Assembly: GCA_963842945.1 (NCBI GenBank) | Contig: CAWJIM010000021.1 | Coordinates: 256,001 to 320,000 of the forward strand | DNA length: 64,000 nt | Reading direction: 5' to 3' | From: an uncultured Gemmatimonadales bacterium | GTDB taxonomy: Bacteria; Gemmatimonadota; Gemmatimonadetes; Gemmatimonadales; GWC2-71-9 | Part shown: in pieces, positions 60,936-64,000 of the stretch | Position numbering within the stretch: position 1 is the first letter of the stretch | Layout: each line of letters begins with the position of its first letter | Made by a program: the position numbers and the translations under genes | Notes under the pieces: generated by a model | Database searches by the model: none | The model's input: the letters and a program-made list of their open reading frames with translations, nothing else | What the model was told of the DNA's origin: nothing

Positions 60936-62225
60936 GGTGCTCCTCCACGGGAATCTGATTGCGCCGACACCGAACCGGTGCCTGCGGGCGAGACCGCCAA
61001 CCAGGCTACCACCGATGCCAGCATTCCCGCGGCCGAAGCCCATAGTGCCGCGTGCCCTCCAACTGATTGATAGAGCTCCCCAAATACCAAACCCGCCGGG
61101 AGTGCGGCGATCCCGGTGAGCGCGTGGTAGGCCCCGAACCCCCGCCCCATCCGCACCGGGGCGAGCCGGGCAATCATGCTGCGCTCCCCGGACTCGGTGA
61201 GGCCGGCGACCAGGCCTAACACAAGGAACAGGGTAACTAGCCGCCACCGGCCCGACCATGAGGCCGAGGGCAAATGCGATCAAGGCAAAGAGAATCCCGC
61301 CTGCCGCGACCACCAAACGGGCCCCTCGCCGGTCGGACAGACGGCCCCCGGGATAGGAGCTGGCACTCCGTACCACATGGAGACCGGCCCAGATCAGGGG
61401 AACCAGAGCAACCGGCACGCCGCGGTCCTGCAGCCGAAGGATCAGGAGAGTCTCGGGAAGCCGAAAGAAGCTGAGGGCGGTAAGGGCGAGCAGGGGGGGC
61501 CAGAGCGAGTCGCGAGTCGGGAGACTCGAGTCGCGAGTTGACGGTTTCGAGTCTGAGGTCGAAGGGCTGGACCCGGACGTAGTCTCGTGACTCGTGACTC
61601 GTGACTCGCGACTCGCGCGCAACACCCCCGCCAACACCACGAAGGCCACCACTCCGGGCACCACACTCCAGCCGATGACGCTTCGGACGTCGGCCCCCTG
61701 CCGCAGGAGCCACCAGGCGGCGAGTGAGCCGAGAACCGCGCCGAAGTGATCGGCACCCCGGTGATAGCCGAAGGCGCGGCCTCTGAGCTCCGGGGGGGTG
61801 ATCTCCGCGATCAGCGCGTCGCGCGGTGGGGTCCGGAGGCCTTTCCCGATCCTGTCGACCACCCGAAAGCCCACCACCTGCCACGCCGCACTGGTGCTCG
61901 CTATCAGCGGGCGCACCAGAACGGCGGTCGCATAGCCTGCCAGGATCAGAGGCCGCCGCCAGCCGGGTCGGTCGGCCAGGCGACCGCTGATCCACTTCAG
62001 TGCGGACGCCGTCAGCTCCGACGCCCCGTCCAGCAGGCCGAGCGTCACCGCACTGCCTCCCAGAGTGCGGGTGACAAAAGCCGGAAGGAGGGGATACACC
62101 ATCTCGCTGGCGAAGTCGTTGAACAGCGAGACCAACGAGAGCCCTTTGACCCCAGCCGGGACCCCGGAGTCCTCCCCGCCCTGCCTCGTGTCAGGGGCAG
62201 CCATATCGGTCCGGTTTGAGGGCAT
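60932..62225 (-). CDS. MFS transporter (frameshift near 61235)
   Basis: SLFND.ASEM.YPLLP, G.LADR, DR.GKG.RT.PRDALI, RGRAFG.HR..D; C-terminus in ORF 60932..61273. Confidence 0.88.
61506..61617. repeat. Palindromic heptamer tandem-repeat element in frame in the MFS central loop
   Basis: cgagtcg cgagtcg ggagact cgagtcg cgagttg ... gtctcgt gactcgt gactcgt gactcgc gactcgc. Confidence 0.82.
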
Positions 62226-62311
62226 AGGCGGAGAATGTAAGTCGGTGACGGCGGTCCGGCTCCGTGACGCCTGACCTGCGGCGGATGAATGGGCGGCTAT
62301 ATCTTGTCGGC

Positions 62312-63343
62312 ATGCATGCCGAACCCGCCCGGTTTCACGAGTCCAACCTCTGGTCCACCCCCATCCGGGATCTCGGTCTCACCATCGAAGGCACCCGGCT
62401 GGAGCCGATCCTGGCCGAGTTCACCGAGGAGCTTCGCCGGATCGGAATCACCCGGGTCCGGCCCCGGTTCTATCTCTCCACCGAATGGGGCGTCCCCTTC
62501 GAGACCGTGGCCATAGCGATTCCCTTCTACCTGGCCCGGCCCGATCTCACCGCCCTGCATGCTGAAAGGGTGGGGCACGTGGAGGGTTTTGACCGGGCCG
62601 ACATCCTCAAGTACCTGCGGCACGAGATGGGGCACGTGATCAACTACGCCTACCGTCTTTACGACCAGGAGGAGTGGGTCAAGCAGTTCGGCTCGATCAC
62701 CCAGCCGTATTTCGAGGAGTACCGGCCCGAGCCGTTCAGCCGGCGGTACGTCCGACATCTGCCGGGCTGGTACGCGCAGAAGCATCCGGATGAGGACTGG
62801 TCGGAGACCTTTGCCATATGGATGACCCCGGGCCTGGACTGGCGGGCGGAATACGGCGGCTGGCCCGTGGCTTACGCCAAGCTCACCTACTGCAGCCGGA
62901 CCATGAACGCGCTGCGTGACAGGGACCCCGAGGTGACCAGCAGTGAGCTGGATGAGGACGTGGCGGAGATCGAGTACTCGCTGGACCAGTACTACGGCCG
63001 CTCGTCCGACTCACCCGGGGAGTTGCCGCCCGGTCTGGATGGGGCCATTCGGGCCATCTTCGAGGATCTGGGAAGCTTCGACCGCCCGTCGCTCGACGGT
63101 CCGCTCAAGCCTGCCGCCGACCTGATCCGCCGGCTGGAGCCCGAGCTCATGGCCAACGTGTTCCGCTGGACCGGTCATTTTCCGGAGCGGACCCGGGTTC
63201 TGCTCCGCTATCTCGCGGAGCGCGCGGCCCAACTGGAACAGGGATATCCGGGGGAACGAGAGGACTCGGCCATCATCGGCCTGACCACCCTGGTGACCGG
63301 GCTGGCGATGAACCACGTGCAGCGGGGAAGTTATTTGCCGTGA
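62312..63343 (+). CDS. Putative zinc-binding metallopeptidase (DUF2248-like)
   Basis: IAIPFYLA, LRHEMGH, YAQKHPDEDWSETFA.W, KL.Y. Confidence 0.8.
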   Translation: MHAEPARFHESNLWSTPIRDLGLTIEGTRLEPILAEFTEELRRIGITRVRPRFYLSTEWGVPFETVAIAIPFYLARPDLTALHAERVGHVEGFDRADILKYLRHEMGHVINYAYRLYDQEEWVKQFGSITQPYFEEYRPEPFSRRYVRHLPGWYAQKHPDEDWSETFAIWMTPGLDWRAEYGGWPVAYAKLTYCSRTMNALRDRDPEVTSSELDEDVAEIEYSLDQYYGRSSDSPGELPPGLDGAIRAIFEDLGSFDRPSLDGPLKPAADLIRRLEPELMANVFRWTGHFPERTRVLLRYLAERAAQLEQGYPGEREDSAIIGLTTLVTGLAMNHVQRGSYLP

Positions 63344-63344
63344 T

Positions 63345-63472
63345 GGGAAGGACGGAAAGGTCGGGCAGGACGGGAAGGTATGATGGATAGGGAGTAGGGG
63401 GTGAAGGGGTATGCGCCTTGCTGCCTTTCGGCCTGTCCCGCATACCTTCCCGCCCTTCCCGTCTTTCCCTTC
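63345..63472. repeat. Palindromic nonamer tandem-repeat element between convergent genes
   Basis: gggaaggac ggaaaggtc gggcaggac gggaaggtatg ... cataccttcccg cccttcccg tctttccc; includes a perfect 12-bp inverted repeat (63371-63382 / 63441-63452). Confidence 0.8.
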
Positions 63473-64000
63473 TACCTCTTATACCGCTCAAGCGCCAGCT
63501 CCACAATCCGCTCGATCAGCTTGGGGTACTCGATCCCCGCAGCCCCCGCCGACATCGCGAACTCACTGGAGCGCTCGAGATAACAGCTGGCGTTCACCTC
63601 GAGCACGTAGATATCGCCGGTGTCGGTGAGCCGTAGGTCCACCCGGCCGTAGTCGCGAACCCGGAGCGCCCGGTAGGCATCCACCGCGACCTTCTGAAGC
63701 CGGGCCCTGAGCTCGTCCGGAAGGTTCGCCATGACCGATTTCGTACCCTTGAACTCCTTGCTTCGCTCATCCCACTTGGCCTTGCTGTCCAGCACCTTCG
63801 GCGCTCCCTCGGGGAAGCCGGTGAAATCCACCTCGACCGGCGGCAACGCCCGGGGCTGGGAGTTTCCCAGCACCCCGACGTAGAACTCCCGGCCATCGAT
63901 GAATTCCTCAGCCAAGGCGGAGTCGTTGAGCTCCTTCCGAATGACAGCAACCCGTTCCATCAGTGCGCCGGCGTCGTGCACCAGCGACTTACCCCCGATG
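63472..64000 (-). CDS. D-Ala-D-Ala ligase-like ATP-grasp protein (5'-truncated)
   Basis: EEFIDGREFYVGVLGN, AKW, RDYGRVDLRL, YVLEVN; EVNASCYL replaces the canonical Ddl EVNT.PG. Confidence 0.85.
   Translation of the reverse strand, partial: IGGKSLVHDAGALMERVAVIRKELNDSALAEEFIDGREFYVGVLGNSQPRALPPVEVDFTGFPEGAPKVLDSKAKWDERSKEFKGTKSVMANLPDELRARLQKVAVDAYRALRVRDYGRVDLRLTDTGDIYVLEVNASCYLERSSEFAMSAGAAGIEYPKLIERIVELALERYKR

Noticed and set aside
60018..62225. 735-aa MFS-soluble domain fusion
   Set aside because: A frameshift near 61235 explains it; the MFS ends at 60932 and the next gene starts at an overlapping GTG with its own signal peptide.
301..63629. Numerous long antisense or alternate-frame ORFs (e.g. 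20339..21862, 36002..37366, 43512..44828)
   Set aside because: They are shadow ORFs expected at high GC; they overlap well-supported genes and carry no recognisable motifs.

Overview
GC-rich bacterial chromosomal window made mostly of core-metabolism genes. The gene content and style suggest Gemmatimonadota (inference, no search run). In order: envelope-stress module (anti-sigma-like, bactofilin-like membrane protein, LiaF-like, DUF4126); DUF62-Mrp-NifU-NrnA; three APC amino-acid permeases and guaB; a GT87-like membrane protein; gpmI followed by a pterin/molybdenum-cofactor cluster (PTPS-like, fdhD, mobA, mobB, moeA); a yybP-ykoY Mn2+ riboswitch heading an htpX-terC operon; an S41/TPR protease and an MFS transporter; a diaminopimelate operon (M20-asd-lysC-dapB-dapA-dapD-yjbQ); Ig-like/MBG surface proteins; etfBA with a FixCX-type ETF oxidoreductase; a TonB-dependent receptor; glutaryl-CoA dehydrogenase; two GT4 enzymes; an SDR-icd-DUF4139-phosphoesterase-SprT operon; cstA-ybdD; and a zinc peptidase facing a Ddl-like ATP-grasp ligase. 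Many genes carry single-base frameshifts, densest at 21.4-29.4 kb, most likely long-read errors; several long ORFs in the supplied track are artefactual fusions. I found no rRNA, tRNA, CRISPR array, transposase or prophage gene. Most notable: (1) a family of palindromic 7/8/9-mer tandem-repeat elements of shared polarity, some translated inside proteins and one forming a signal peptide; (2) an M48 protease placed directly under a Mn riboswitch with TerC; (3) a GT87-like protein ending in a GGQ-less release-factor-like domain; (4) repeated leaderless promoter architecture. All family assignments come from motif recognition by eye.
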